In this document: piece by piece, positions 39,278 through 53,639 of the stretch | Layout: each line of letters starts with the position of its first letter | How positions within the stretch are numbered: position 1 is the stretch's first letter | NCBI GenBank assembly: GCA_012295275.1 | Contig: CM022676.1 | Location: 14,818,001 to 14,882,000 of the forward strand | Reading direction: 5' to 3' | DNA: 64,000 nt | From: Chrysomallon squamiferum | Lineage: Eukaryota > Animalia > Mollusca | Program-made: the position numbers and the translations under genes | The notes under the pieces: generated by a model | What the model saw: the letters and a program-made list of their open reading frames with translations, nothing else | The model's database searches: none | What the model was told of the DNA's origin: nothing

Positions 39278-39578
39278 CCAAGGGTGCTGAAAATGCTTTG
39301 TGAGTATTTTCCTTATTATTATTATTATTATTGTTATTAGTAGTAGTAGTAGTAGTAGTGGTAGTAGTAGTAAAAGGAGATGAGTAAAAAAGAAAAGGGA
39401 ATTCCCCTGTTACTTTGTACTACTGCATTCTCTAGATGACTATAATAGACAGTTTTAATGTTTGTATTTCAATAGTGATTATTTATATGCCACTCTAAAT
39501 TCTTTTTTTCCTTGTGAGAAACATAGTTAAATTTGGTTATTTATTTATGCAGCTCACATTGGAACAGTCTTCATTCAG
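39278..39578 (+). other. Two candidate microexons (39278-39299, 22 nt; 39553-39578, 26 nt)
   Basis: ctactaat..atttcag|CCAAGGGTGCTGAAAATGCTTT|GTGAGT and ttatgcag|CTCACATTGGAACAGTCTTCATTCAG|GTATAC. Joined they give 48 nt reading .KGAENAFSHWNSLHS with no stop. Confidence 0.35.
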
Positions 39579-40374
39579 GTATACCAGATATGTTTTTAGT
39601 TTTGATTATCATATTTATTAAATATGCTTGGGTCACTTACAAGGAAACATTTACATGCAGATAATGTGACATAAACAGATAGCCTGAATTCTGCCTAACT
39701 ATTCATTTAAAACCCCAACAAATTCCAGATCTGAAACAAAATATTGAACCTGAAAAATGAGAAATGATATTCACAAATCAAAACTGACATACTTTTAATT
39801 TGAAACATTAATATTATGATAATTTAAAATGAAGTTCTATATGCTGTACTATATGTTGAGTTCTTACATGTAGTTTTTACAGAACAAAAATATTTTCTTC
39901 TAAAGTAACAAGTAAGATGTAAAAAAAAATAACACAAATATTCTATTAATTTTCCAATACATTTCCAAACCTTAGAAGTTAGTATAAAGAAATGGCCAAG
40001 CCTGCTTTTGTGCCCACCTCTTTAAGAGAATATTCAATAATTTTCATCACAACACATTTTATTATGATTTAACTGTCTGACAGATGTTTTATTTTTATAA
40101 TGTTTAGTAAAGTATGTTATTTTCTTTATTTTATTGAAAGGCATGGTTTTAAAATTTTTGGTTTCTGTTTGTGAATTATTAATGGTGATTATAAAACATT
40201 TTTTATTAATTGTTTTATATTTTAATTTCGTTTGTTTCTCTGTTTATTTCATGTGGATACTAATCCAGTATCATGCATTCTTAATATTTTATGTAAGACA
40301 GATTAAGAGGGATAAAACATATGTATGTATGTATGGATAGACAGAAAAAAAGAAACACACACACATACATAATC

Positions 40375-40411
<37 letters not shown>

Positions 40412-40692
40412 CATGTGTGGACAGAAATATTGGACATGTACTGGTACTAATACAAAATCCATAATTATTGTTAAAGTGATCCAGGATTATTTTCTAATGG
40501 ATTTCACAAAATTAAAATAAGTGCTGTGAATGAAGACTGATGTGTGTATGAAAGAATAATGGAAATGGAATCTATTTAAATAAATTTATGCAGTTGCATC
40601 TTTTACTTCCTGTGATATGCACATGCATGATTAGTATTAAATGGAATGGGATATATATTTACATGCTTTCATATTGTGAAGACATTAAATTC

Positions 40693-40733
<41 letters not shown>

Positions 40734-41599
40734 TACATATATGTACGTGTGTATGTTAAAGGTTAAATTTGAAGAACAATTGAAGTTTAAAAAATCTAGC
40801 ATGTGTATGTGAAAAAAACACTCATAAAGTCATATTATTTTAATACATTTACTAAAAACTTTTAGCTATTTAGAATATATTGCAAGATATAATGATGATA
40901 AAAAATGGTAACAATAATAAAAAAATACAAAACTTAAATAGATATATCATCTTCATAGTTTTATAAATCTACAGATAATTAATTTGAGTCCACTGTATAA
41001 TAACTGATTATTTTCTAAATTCTTTTTTTATTTATATTTGTTGTGATATATTGTCCAGTTTGGAAAAAGCTAAAATAAATTACAATTTAAACAACATATC
41101 CTTACTTACATAGAAACTTTAGCATGTGTCTCTTAAATATTATACATACATTTATTTTTTTTAAATTTAGGTTTAGTCATTTTAATTAATATTAATGTTC
41201 TTTTAGTAAAAATGTGCTATTGCATTTTTTCTATTTTGATCAGTCAAGTAGGTATTGATCAAGATATCAAAATAGAATTCAATAAATATCATTGTAAATT
41301 AAACCCAGTTTGCTAAATACATCATTTGTGCAAACAATCCACATGTGAAGATTATTTGGAATCTTTATTGAAATAATTTTCAGACATGGATTTAATGTGT
41401 AGTCTGTACAAATGTTGCTATGGAATTTTAGTACTTTGTCAAAACTGTAGAACATTATTAAAACAGGAAAATCCTGGAAACTACTCATGGAGAGAGTGAC
41501 AAACTTGTGTTTGCTACCACCAAGAACATGGAATACCTATGCAATTCTGATGGCATTTTTGCTGTCAGCACCTTCAATACATCACCATGATTATTTGTA

Positions 41600-41980
41600 T
41601 TTCTACAGATACTCGTCATAAAAGTATTGCAACAAAGATGTTTTAGGGAGTCCAGATCCAGGTATGCTTAACCCACTGGGACAAAGTTCAGTGGAGGAAG
41701 ATTCAGCATGTTTCAATTTTCCAGTACAAAGATGTGCAACTAGCGTCAAGGCTGTCCCATTCATACACCATGGACCAGGTTGGGGATATTCTTTGCATAT
41801 AGTTCCCAGGCAGTACCCATGTAATTTACTGTTGGGTTTGAAATGAACTCTCCCAAACAAGTAATTTGAACATCGTTCAAAGTACTTGTACCCTGAACAT
41901 TTTCTGTACCATCCCTTCGTTTAACTTACACCAGTTGCTCCGATTCCCACCATCCCTCTCACAAATGCTGGGGAGATCAC
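41600..41980 (-). other. Decayed coding fragment of unknown family, copy 1
   Basis: [47 protein letters not shown]..; homologous to 50750-50945. Confidence 0.45.
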
Positions 41981-42002
41981 TGTATGTATATATATTTATA
42001 TG

Positions 42003-42039
<37 letters not shown>

Positions 42040-42062
42040 CTGTACATGTGTGTGTTTGTATG

Positions 42063-42143
<81 letters not shown>

Positions 42144-42377
42144 CCGTACATGTGTGTGTTTGTATGTATATACTGTGCTGAATAAATTTAACAGCTGCTA
42201 TATGAAATGTAGACTACACGATTGGATGTTGAATTTATTTGTACACATTATTTCATTAATCCAGCATTTCTGAATATAGCCAGCAGTAACCTGTTGTCAC
42301 GGTGTGAACATCGTTACTTTAATGTCAACTGAGGAAATGGAGGGGTACATTTACCAAAATGGTGAGATACTCAATAA

Positions 42378-42411
<34 letters not shown>

Positions 42412-42418
<7 letters not shown>

Positions 42419-43358
42419 ACTAGTGGCATTGATGAAAGCACTACATCGTTGTCTTATGCTTCTAACGAGAGCATTAATCTCAGGAACAGTAATTGTGTCC
42501 AGAGCAATGGACATTAAGAACTTGAGAATGGTTTATGCATACCCTATAGCCCAGTAGGTCCCATGCATGCTCAGTTGGGAACAAGTCAGCAGATTTTGGT
42601 GGCCTGTTCAACACTTGGATGTGGATCCTCTCAGGACGATTAGTGGCTAGCCTAGCAGTATGTCTAGAGTTGTCATGTTCAAACAGAAAGCCAGGATGCT
42701 GCTGCAGGAATGGAATGGCTACTGGTGTATTGATCACGTCACAGTAACATTGAGCAGTCATGTTCTCGTGAATGAAAACAAGATCTGTTTTACCTCTACT
42801 ATGAATGCCGGCCTACACAATAACTTTACTGCCGCCATATCGGTCGTGCTGAATGACGTCTGCATCTCCCATTCACCTCCATACATGATGCAGACCATCT
42901 GCAAACTGAACACAAAACCTGGATTCCTCTGTGAATAATGTCTGATTAAGTGTTGTTTTATTCTGGCCCATCTCAAACGTTCCTGAATGTGACGCACAGT
43001 CAGGGGATCAGCTACAATAGGGCGACGTGCTTGTAATCCAGCAGCGTGGAGATGGCTACAGACAGTTTCAGCATGAATTCTAGTGCCTGTGGTTTGCTGC
43101 AAAGTATGAGCCAAACGTGGAGCATTTTTGAACCTTTGACATAGATATGACATGACTCAATACCTGTCTTTCCTTGGAGTAGTTAATCGTGGTCTACCAG
43201 AACGAGGTTGATTTAGCATTTGCCCAGTTTAGTGTATGTGTTGTCGGAGTTGCGATGTGGTACTGTCATGAACACGAAAGTACTGAGAGACATCGTGTCC
43301 ACTTTGACCGGCATTAAGCCGTCCTATTGCTTCATGATTTGCCGTTAAGCCTGGACAT
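42412..43358 (-). mobile_element. Decayed Tc1-family (DD34E-type) transposase
   Basis: MSRL./HEAIGRLNAGQS..YFRVHDSTT..PRSGRPRLTTPRKDRY, GLQARRP, RLRWAR, FEHDNSRHTAR, PPKSADLFPTEHAWDLLG, LVRSIRQRCSAFINA. Several frameshifts and stops. Confidence 0.92.
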
Positions 43359-43607
43359 TATAACAGGATACATTTTTCCTTTTGTTTTCGGATAATGTTG
43401 GTTGAGTGCATCCAAATGTGATTTCAGTGCATCTGTATTGCACACAGTTCTGTGACAGCATGTGGAGTAGGCATAGCGGTGTGCGATATGACAAATGGTG
43501 TTCTTTTCATTAACGAAACCGACAGGGCATTCACAACTAACATATTACCAACTTTTATATCTGTATTTTAATTTATTTGGAAGCAACAACATTTACAAAA
43601 ACTTGCT

Positions 43608-43727
<120 letters not shown>

Positions 43728-44910
43728 GTGCTTTTAAAATAACAAACCCAATATGTAGAAAGGAAAAAAATGTAAATACTTTAAGAATGTTTTATATACA
43801 AATCATTAAAAAAGAAAACAATAAAAGCGTTATTGTCAGGGTTGAAATTCGAAACATTCAGTATAAGCATAATTAAGACGTTTACATGGAGCATGGATAT
43901 TAAAGCATTTCACACATAGTTTCTATAATGTTAAGAAATGTACTCGCGCCCAGAATTAATCTCGAACAATAATGGATTTTTTGGTTTGTCACAGATAGTT
44001 TTACAAAAAACTAAATTGTATAACAACAACAAAAAAACAAAATACAAAATTAAATTTTTTATCTTTATTTGACCATAAACTCTGGTTGATAACCGTCTCC
44101 AATTTTTTAGCAGAAACAATAATAATAAATATATAGATACAAAACTAAATAAATAATAACCTTTGAAATTCATATATTGCATCATTTATTATTTTAAAGA
44201 TTAGTCTCATAATACAGATGAGTTTATTTTAGCCGTTTTAACGCGAATAGCGAAAACCTGGCATCTTAGTAAGGCACGCCATGCTGTACGAGTGCGTGAA
44301 AGAACATAACATACAAGTTAGGCACACGTCAAAATTCAGAGTGTTTTTAATGACATCTTCAAACGAAAATTTAACTTTGAACAGACTAAATTCAAACAGA
44401 GAAAAATTTCAATTAAAATAAATAAAGTAGAAATAAAACCACAATTAAAATTTAAAACTGTTTAAATATGGAACAAAAAAAATTACGTTAAAGCACTTGA
44501 AACTTAAAAATGAATTTCAATAATTTTATAAATATTTAAACACTTTAATAACTGTATGAATACTAACAACCAACGCCAACACTTTTCTTATAAAAATGTC
44601 TTCTTTTCTGAAATGCTTTGAAATGTACTGAAAATATACCAGCATTCTAACTGATCACTTACTTCTGTAACAAGTATTTGGCACATGTATACTAATACAC
44701 TGTTTACTTACAAATGATAAAAAGAAACACAGTTTTAAATTCTATCCAATTATTCTAAAAGTAACTGTCAAAATGTTATAAGACAAGTCTTTCACACTTA
44801 TCAATTAAATTCTAGAAATATACATATATAATATATTTCATTTAGAAAAACTTAAAAACAAAACAATTATATTAATATATATATATAAATATACAAAGTA
44901 AGTTATAATG

Positions 44911-44994
<84 letters not shown>

Positions 44995-45557
44995 TTGAGG
45001 ATAAAACCCAAAGAAAGAAACAAGAATATAATTGAGGTTGTTGTCAATATTTTATACATCTCATATCTCCGTGTTTATCTATCTCTGAGGAGTATGTAGA
45101 TCTACAGCAAACCAGTGATGACTAAAGTGTTGATAAACCTGAAGAAAGATAAAATAAAGATAAAATGATAAACAAATAATTATTAGACACACGGAAATAG
45201 ATAAGCACAGTCACAGACATAAAAAAAGACAACATATGTAGAGGGACATCATTACATACACTGATAGAGGCACATCTTTACATGTACATATAGATAATAC
45301 ATATATACATACATACACAAGTAACTGAAGACGGTCCGACAGAAAAGTAGATATACAGAATCACAGAAACAAACAGACTGAGCGATACTAGACATAGGTA
45401 CAGATGATACATGCAGATATACTGAGAGGAAAGCTGATAAAATTAATAATACAATAAAATAACTAATAAAAAGAAAATAGTTCCAAGATTACTAACATGA
45501 TTATTACATAAATCATTGGAGAAAATATGGAATCACTTCCGTTTATTTTATCTAAAC

Positions 45558-45589
<32 letters not shown>

Positions 45590-46250
45590 CCTTTAATTAC
45601 TACCAAATATCTAGCAGCACACATATACTCATATCTTTCAATCACGTCTATCTCCAGAAGTGAAAGTCTTGTCCGTCAAGCACTTATATTCGTTCTTAAT
45701 GACCTTCAAATATTCAAATGCTGACAACAGTAAAAACCTGTTTCTCAAAGATTTTTTTCGGTCCTAGACTATTGATTTAATTGAAATTAGCCTCCGAAAA
45801 CTCAAAGCAGAGAATAGTAAGTTGTTCTTTAAGCGGAATAAAATTAACTTGCTATAGGTCATCTGTCTATGTAAGGCGAAGGGCTTCTTTACATAATATA
45901 TAATTGCATACAGTCCTCAAAGAACTGCCATAGTGAACTATTAACTCTTACTCATGGTGTTTCTTTGTATTTACAAAGAAGTGTATTGTGGGAAACATGG
46001 TATTTGCAATTTAAATGTGATTTAAGAGAACTGTGTGAATTATGCTTGTAAATATGAATACATACATACATTCATATATAGATAGACAGCTAGATATATA
46101 GATATATGCTTATATATACAGACGTGTACATGTATATTCATTAGAAGAAACTGCTGTAAATATTTGAATTCCCTGAAAGTTAACCTATTTTATTAATACT
46201 TTTCAGTTTTGAATTATCAAGGTGTATCTGTGTCTGTACATACATACACA

Positions 46251-46420
46251 CAGTCGAAACTCGTCTAACAGCACCTGTTCAAAATCCCACCACAAATTCC
46301 CCCAAAAGCATTTCCTTCTTTAAATGAGCTGTTCTGTGCAGTCACTGGTTTATAACCGCCAGCAGCCAATGTTTTTCACTGAAAATAATCAACTGAACCT
46401 ACTATAATGGTCACAGTTTT
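46251..46420 (+). mobile_element. Possible pogo/Tigger-type MITE end
   Basis: Begins cagtcgaaactcgtctaacagcacctg, resembling a CAGT-type TIR. The partner end was not identified. Confidence 0.25.
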
Positions 46421-47127
46421 TACATATTTTAATAGCTTTCCAATGGGGCTAAAAGCAACCACAGCCTAATGCTTGCAAAATATTTAACAGGGTTTTCACT
46501 GTTGAGTTAAAGCAAAAGTGTTATGTGTAGTGTTTAAAACATCCTGTTTTACATACAGGTTATGAATTCACAGAAAAACTCATGATCAAAGAAACAACAA
46601 TACTCCGTTTATGAGCAAATCTTTATCTTTTTCTCCATGCAATTCATAAAGTTTTTGTCTGCTTGTAAGCCAAATTAAGAGAGGTTAAAAAACACTGATT
46701 CTGCACTGACTGGCTGAACTCTAACTGTCTACCACTAATCAGTTAAAGTGAATGCATATAACATTGGCTGGGACTTTTATTGAGACTAGGATGTCAGCAA
46801 TGACCACTATGTTGCTATCATCCATGTCAGTGGTATCCATCATTTTGCCCGAGTCAACACCTTCGTTATGGCTGTCTTAAGTCTGTGTTTACTCAGATTC
46901 CATAAACTTGCATAATTTACGTTAATTTAATAATGAAATGTGTTGATTAGATGAGATCATATTATATTGTGAAAAGAATCATTTTCAAGCATTCTTGACC
47001 AGTTTTTAATTAGTGGTTTTGGATATAAAGATTTCAGATGGTTTTATTAAGAACAGTGGAAGGGGAACTGAGGTTACATGAATGATTAGCACAAGGTTAG
47101 GGCTAACAATGTGATTATGTTACTTAC

Positions 47128-47160
47128 TGCTTGATGGTGTTGTTTCTGTTGTTGTCGATT
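47128..47160 (-). other. Candidate 33-nt Ser/Thr-rich exon (phase 1-1)
   Basis: tttatattag|AA TCG ACA ACA ACA GAA ACA ACA CCA TCA AGC A|GTAAGT translates (E)STTTETTPSS. Confidence 0.45.
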
Positions 47161-47785
47161 CTAATATAAACATATTAATATGAATAAAATAAATAATGTG
47201 TATGAATTAAGCTTTAGTATGGTAAGAACAAGTGAAGTGGAGAAAATACATTTTAAGAAAGAAAAAGAAAAATATTCAATAAATAATAATGTTAATAATA
47301 ATATTATTATTACTATAATATTAAAGAACAAGGTAATGCAAAAAGTGTAATTTCATTACTAAAACTAGACAAGTAAGAGTAATATCTAATTTACAAACTA
47401 TAATTTCAGATAATAAATCAGAAATATAATCAGATCAAATGTAAATATTCTGTTCCGTCTCATTAAAACATCCATACAGGACATTCCACAACAAAACACA
47501 CTGACAGCACAGGTCAACAATTGGTAATTTCTGGGTTCAAACCATACATACTCAACATATGTATTGGTGAAACTTTACATATACAAAAACCAGGTATATA
47601 ATAGTAATAGTAATGTTCTATTGAAGAAAAGAAAGAATGAAAGAAAAATACATTTTTTACAATTTTAGTTAATATATTTTAATCTGTCATGGAAGTTCTT
47701 ACTGCAGACATTATATTCAAAACTGTTGAAAAGTGTTTATAAAAGGTTTTACAGTATAATAAAACAGCAGATTTGCATTTATCTC

Positions 47786-47864
<79 letters not shown>

Positions 47865-49962
47865 CAGGCATCAAGCTGTACCTTTATCTATGTTAATAAG
47901 CATATTACTCAGTGTGGAACTAAAACAGTCAACATAGTATAAACTTCTTTTTAAAAGCTTTTTTTTATATCAGAATTAGAAGATAGAAATAAAGCTATTC
48001 CCTGATTAGTTAAGCAGAATCCACAAACAATCACTGGAATCTAGAAATTATCTAAATAATGAAGAATGTAGCTAAGTGTACTGAGCTGAAGCAAATAAAA
48101 AGTTTGGAATAAAAAGCAAATTAAATTTGAAACTGCTTAATTTGTTTGTAATTTGATTTTCACATCAATAGTAGTAATATGTTTTGTTTTCTGATGATCA
48201 ACATTATTGTGATTCTGTCTGGTAGGATATTGGCTCTCTGCTGTATTGTTGCTCACATCAGTTTTATTCAGTGAATCAGTGACTGACTGTTGACAAACTT
48301 CAGATTTTGTGAGTTCTTTACAGACATCTTTACTGACTGGTTGATTTGAAGGTTTTACATTTGTCTGATTATATGAGTAATCTTCAGAACTTTCATTATC
48401 TTCATCACTTCCATGGTTACTAGACATACTGTGTGAAGATTCATTAGCAATCCTATCTTTGACAGACTGAAGTTTCTACATCTTCAGTGTCATGTTTTTT
48501 GTCAGTGTTCTCTTGAATGTTACAATTTTCTTCGGCTTTGACATCAACAGAAACCTCAGTTTGAGACTTTTCAATGTTCATTTTACTGCTCAGTTCAATA
48601 TTTGTAGTTTTATCATTTTTCTTTGTGTTTTGGTTTCTTATTGATATCAGACAGCATGTTATGATTATACAAAGACCTGTGACACTGATAACTGTAATGA
48701 GGATAATACAAACTAAATTATAGCCAGAACCTTGTCCCAGGTTTGGAGTTGTTTGGAGTTTTTCTTCTGCTAAAAAGGAAAAATGTTATTCACTGATCCA
48801 TCCATCACTTGTAGTTTTATTTAAAAAATTAAAGTCTGGAAATAAAAAATGTTGTTGACCCTATCAAAATGATGTATCATTTTCTATGTGAATAAAGTTA
48901 TGGCTGTCACATATGAAAATATATTAGACCTGTCACTAAATTTGATCAAACTGTTTTTAATTTGCCATATTTTAATTTTGTTATGTTATTCAAAGCCAAA
49001 TAAAACTCTGCAATGAATCCAGTAAGAATAGACTTTGGTATCGAAATTAACTTACTGACTGGGACATAATTATTCATCTGGTCATGTTTTAAGAAGTAAA
49101 CCCGGATCTCGCTGCCTGAATAATCTCTGAATAGGTCAACAAATCATTCTCTGAAGAAAACACAAATATTTGTTCCATTACAGTGAGATTTAATTAATCT
49201 TAAAGCACATGCACACTATTTTACAGTTAACAGCAGTGAATCAGTTGTGTACAACAAATCTAAATCATCGTTAATATCAAAATGTTACAAATCATACATT
49301 TCAAATAAACAGTATTTGTTAGGTGCTGGTTACTTCCAGACTTGTTACTAAGATCCGTACACACACACACACACAACATGCATTACATTTGAAACTACTG
49401 CTTCATTTTAAACAAGGTAAAAAAAAAAAAAAAAATTGTCATTACCTTGTATATGTAGTTCAATTTTGTTACTTGAGCTGACAGCAGGGATACTTTGGTC
49501 AATCATCAAGCTATTTTTAGCAGCACAGAAAACTTTCTGACCATCATGTTCTCTTGCTGGCTGTGTACGTCACATTTAATGTTGTCAGTCTGTCAGTAGT
49601 AGTGGGAGATCCAGTGATGCTGACAGGAAGCTTGTTACTGTCTACGTACCACAAGATCTGTGAAACAGTCGGTGCTGGTTTGGCTCCATGTACAACACAG
49701 GTAAAAATAGCAGCGTATCCCTCAGTGATCTGAAATGAGTTTGGTCTTTTTCCAGAAATGTTCATGTTCACAGAATTAACTGGAGCTGGAAAAGGAAGAT
49801 AAAGAAAATTCACTGTACTATTGCTTATGATGTAATCAAACCATAAAACACTGATAATTGTTTCATATAGCAAATATTAACAAACAGAAAACAAAATGTA
49901 TGTCTTATTAAATGGTCTTAAAAGAGTTCTTTTAATTAGCTGGTAAAAATGCTGAATATTTC

Positions 49963-50461
49963 AAACCCGACCGTCTCAGATTTTTATATTTGTTATACTT
50001 GTTGATTGGGATCCCACAGCACCAAATCCAAAATTTTAGGCCCATGGGACCAGTGGGGTGGGAGAATTTTGGCCAAAATGGGCATGACCACATACATTTG
50101 AACCCTCATATCTCAGGAACTACTGGGCCAATCTTCATAAAATTGGTATTGTTGAAAAGTCAACATGACAAGGATTCCAAATCTGCCATTATTGTTCAGT
50201 TTGAAAAAAGTTGGGGTATACTGACCTTTTGACCTTTGCTATGACCTTGAAATTTACCTTGTGGATTATGTGACCTTGAGATGACCTTTCTTGTAATTTA
50301 ATCTCCCATATGTTAACTAAAACATATAAAAGTTTCAGAGGTGTAATCTTTTTCATTTAGCCACAATATACATTTAAATAATGCACACGTGTATACCAAG
50401 TTTCATAAAAATTGGAGATGGTCGGGTTTAACCCATTGGGTGATTTGACACGGAATGAGCC
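49963..50461. mobile_element. Short non-autonomous derivative of the Sola2-like element at 26125-28828
   Basis: Contains tatctcaggaactactgggccaatcttcataaaattggtattg, gaccttttgacctttgctatgaccttgaaa and the terminus ccattgggtgatttgacacggaatgagcc. The two ends are partly inverted (aaacccgaccgtctcagattttt / aaaaattggagatggtcgggttt). Confidence 0.85.
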
Positions 50462-50749
50462 ATAAATATGAAAAAACATATAAAAAAGAAAAATAATAAA
50501 ATGAAAAATCCCTGTTTCAATGAAGTAGATATATCACAAATATGGGCAATGTTAATTTTGGCAGAAAGTATGAAAATGGGCCCAACATCACTTACAGCTT
50601 ATGATGAGTTTGCCGGCCATTCATTGGCAGTGCCACCTGTTTTATTAGTGAACTTCATTTTGTATAATAAATTTAATAGACACTTTGATTTTATTTAATT
50701 GCAAATAAAATAATCTTGTTAATAGTTAATGCATTTAATGCTATTATTT

Positions 50750-50945
50750 ATAGGTGTATTTTTGACAAACAAGTAGTTTGAACACTCTGTAAAGTATGTG
50801 TACCCTGAACATTTTCTGTATATATTGCACCAGTTACACCGATTCCCTCTATCCCTTTCACAAATGCTGGAGAGATCTTTAGTGCAAGCTGAGTCATTAG
50901 CTCTGTAGCACAATCTGAGAGAAAATCCACACTACATGAATCCAC
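50750..50945 (-). other. Decayed coding fragment of unknown family, copy 2
   Basis: VDFLSDCATELMTQLALKISPAFVKGIEGIGVTGAIY/RKCSGYTYFTECSNYLF. Confidence 0.45.
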
Positions 50946-51029
50946 AAAATAGGAAAGTATAAATTAAAACCAATTCAGAGCCACCAATTTAAAATGCTCT
51001 GTAGGAAAGCTGATAAAAAGGATGCACTA

Positions 51030-52270
51030 AAGATCAGATCACTTCCATATGACTAGAGATTAAGGATGCATTCAAAGAAATGTTTTTTAAAAAGAAGAAA
51101 TCCTACATTTGCTGTCTAGAAAAAGCTTTTGACAAACACTGGAGTTAAATCTGAAGATGCTAACATTGCACATGTTCAAAAGACCGAAATATAGAAAAAC
51201 AAATGTCTGTACCACATGGTGTTCTCAAACTAATTCTCTCTATCATTTTATAATAATGATATATTAAAGAATATCCCACAGTGGATTCATGGGTGCAATA
51301 TATACAGACTAGCTGTTTATGTTATTCAGAAGACCGAGTTACAACAGCAAATACGAGAAGCTTTGCACACAACTGAAAAATGCAAAGACATGGCTGGTTT
51401 ATTAAAAAGCAAATTGCATTAACCTGGCCAACAAAGAACTTAAACAGCCTCCAAACTGAAAGAAATATTACCTCTAGACAAAGAGCCAGATTACTATCTA
51501 TGACCTATGAGTCACAGATAATCAACTGCTCTAGCATCGCCAAAAACAGAAAACAACAGGAAATCCACCAGGCATGAATAATACAAAAAAGATGAGACAT
51601 AGTTCATGACCATAAGATTAAGAAAATCCTAATGTACTGCATATTTCCTGTATTGAAGACAGAACTTTCCTGATACTCAAAAGACTATACCAGACGAACA
51701 CCCGGAGAGACCTGGGAACAACTGCTTTTACCCTACAGTATATGTTTAATGCCTATCCTCAGAAATCGGCTGAGGACGTAACCAAAAATGGAGACAGAGG
51801 GATTCAAACTGAACTAAAATATGGGAGAAAAAACAAAATGAGCTCTCCATTCCAATAGGAAAGCATTCCTCCAATTCAAGAAAAAAGGCAAAACCTGTTC
51901 TGAACAAATGGTTCACTTCATGGAAATGAGGAAGCAGATATGGTAACAAAAGGTGGTAATCACAAATCACATGTGGAGATGCAGACCAAAGTAAAAGAAA
52001 CCTCATGAGATGATTTTGCAATAACACACAGACTGTAACATCGGACAGTTACTACTACCAGTTTTTAAGAAAAGATCAAGTGATAACTGTACACCTAAAA
52101 ACACGTCACTATGTATTAAACCATCACATGTATATGGAATTCTGAGTGGAAAACACCATTGTTGTGTAATGGCTATGTTAGTGTAGTATCTTCTTAAGCA
52201 CTGTTTTACCCACTAGAAACACAGGAAGGCAGTCAGGCCTTTGGACAAACTTCTGGAGGAGAACCTCTGA
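51030..52270 (+). mobile_element. Highly decayed non-LTR retrotransposon (RT remnant)
   Basis: Fragments IKDAF..LEKAFDK (ctagaaaaagcttttgac), GV.Q-like (ggtgttctcaa) and GAIYTD (YADD-like) occur in RT order. No open frame. Confidence 0.5.
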
Positions 52271-52509
52271 GACTAAAGGATAACTTATAGTATATAACAG
52301 CATTTATTCAAGCTACTGAATTAAGTTATTTTTTCTTTCCTTTTCAGTTTTTATATTATTGTTTTGTTTTTCGAAGTCTGTAGTATAAATGACGAACTAA
52401 AAAAACAAATCAAGGGATTATTAAAGATTTGGAAGAAAAAAAAGTATTGTAAAATTGTATGAGCTAGGCCACATGAATGAAAGGAAGGTAAAATTTAGAT
52501 AAGTAGCAA

Positions 52510-52870
52510 TAACATTACGTTTTATTGGCAGATATAGTTTCGTCAAATATTTTGACCTGACAATGTATTTTACAGAATAAGAAAACTACTGGGCAAAGTT
52601 CCATACTTCGATCAGAAATTAATGCTTTTTTTTTTTTTGCTTTTTTTAATATTGTAGACCACCATGTACGTATTTCAGCCCCATAGGAGTAAGATGCCAA
52701 AAAGTGAAGTGGTGATTAATTTGACTTCATTTGTGTTATACCCAAATAACCCACCTAGGTAACAGATTTTAAAGTCCAAAATTCAAGATGATCACTATCA
52801 CTCATGGAAAACTGAGAAAATGGCGTATCTCCGGAAATACTCCACAAACTTCATCTTTTAATATTAATTA
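52510..52870. mobile_element. MITE-like fragment
   Basis: Contains motifs typical of non-autonomous DNA elements (caaagttccatact, aaaattcaagatg, aaaatggcgtatctccggaa). Ends not resolved. Confidence 0.25.
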
Positions 52871-53639
52871 AAATTTCATAATGATTAATATTCTTGACAT
52901 TTATATATAATAAGTAAATATCTTGATGATAAAAATTAAAATAAGAAAAATATTTTGTCTTTGCTGATTTCAGTTTCATATAATATACAAGTTGCAGTAA
53001 CATACATCAACATTCTTTAATGGAATAATTGTTGTATAAAAAACACAACTTATGGTAGCTGGAACAATGAATAACACTTAAAATAAATTAATTGTATTAT
53101 ATTAAAAACAAATAACTTACTGAAAACTGGTAAATCAATATGGATGCTTTCACTTTTATTATAGATACATTTCCAGGTAGCTTCATCTTCAATACTGACA
53201 CTGTTTATTGTCAGATTGAAGAGTTTAGAAGTTCCTGTGTCACCAGCATAGTTACAAGAGTAACCATTGTAAACAGGGACTTCACGACATTTTGCCATGA
53301 CTGAACACACAGTATTTCCATTTCTCACAAAGCCGACAGGTAAAGTGTTGCTGTCTGATACAGAACACTGGAATGCGTAGATCTGACTCAACACACCATT
53401 GGCAGCACCTGTTAAGGTCACCAAACCTGCAAACATATATACAATACAATTGTTTCAGTTTGATGTTGTTATTATTTTACAATTTGAAGTAGCATTCATG
53501 CAATAAACAAAATGAAAAGCCTTCAGATTTTCCATTCACTTACTTTTTATTGAGATATGATCTGAAACAAAATAAATCAAACTTATAAAATCAGTAAAAA
53601 TAGGTCAAAACAATATGACAGGACAAAAATATAAGCACT

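Larger units (their letters stand above)
48137..53426 (-). pseudogene. Ig-superfamily type I membrane receptor (Ig-Ig-TM-tail), disabled
   Basis: Exon 53426-53121 (306 nt, phase 1-1) reads FQCSV..FNLTINSVSIEDEATWKC. Exon 49785-49446 (340 nt) reads FTCVVHGAKPAP..ILWY..ASK/EHDGQKVFCAAKN, with a +1 frameshift. Exon 48769-48137 has the TM segment WDKVLAII*FVIILITVISVTGLCIIITCCL and a polar tail, with a stop and frameshifts. No signal-peptide exon was located. Confidence 0.8.
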
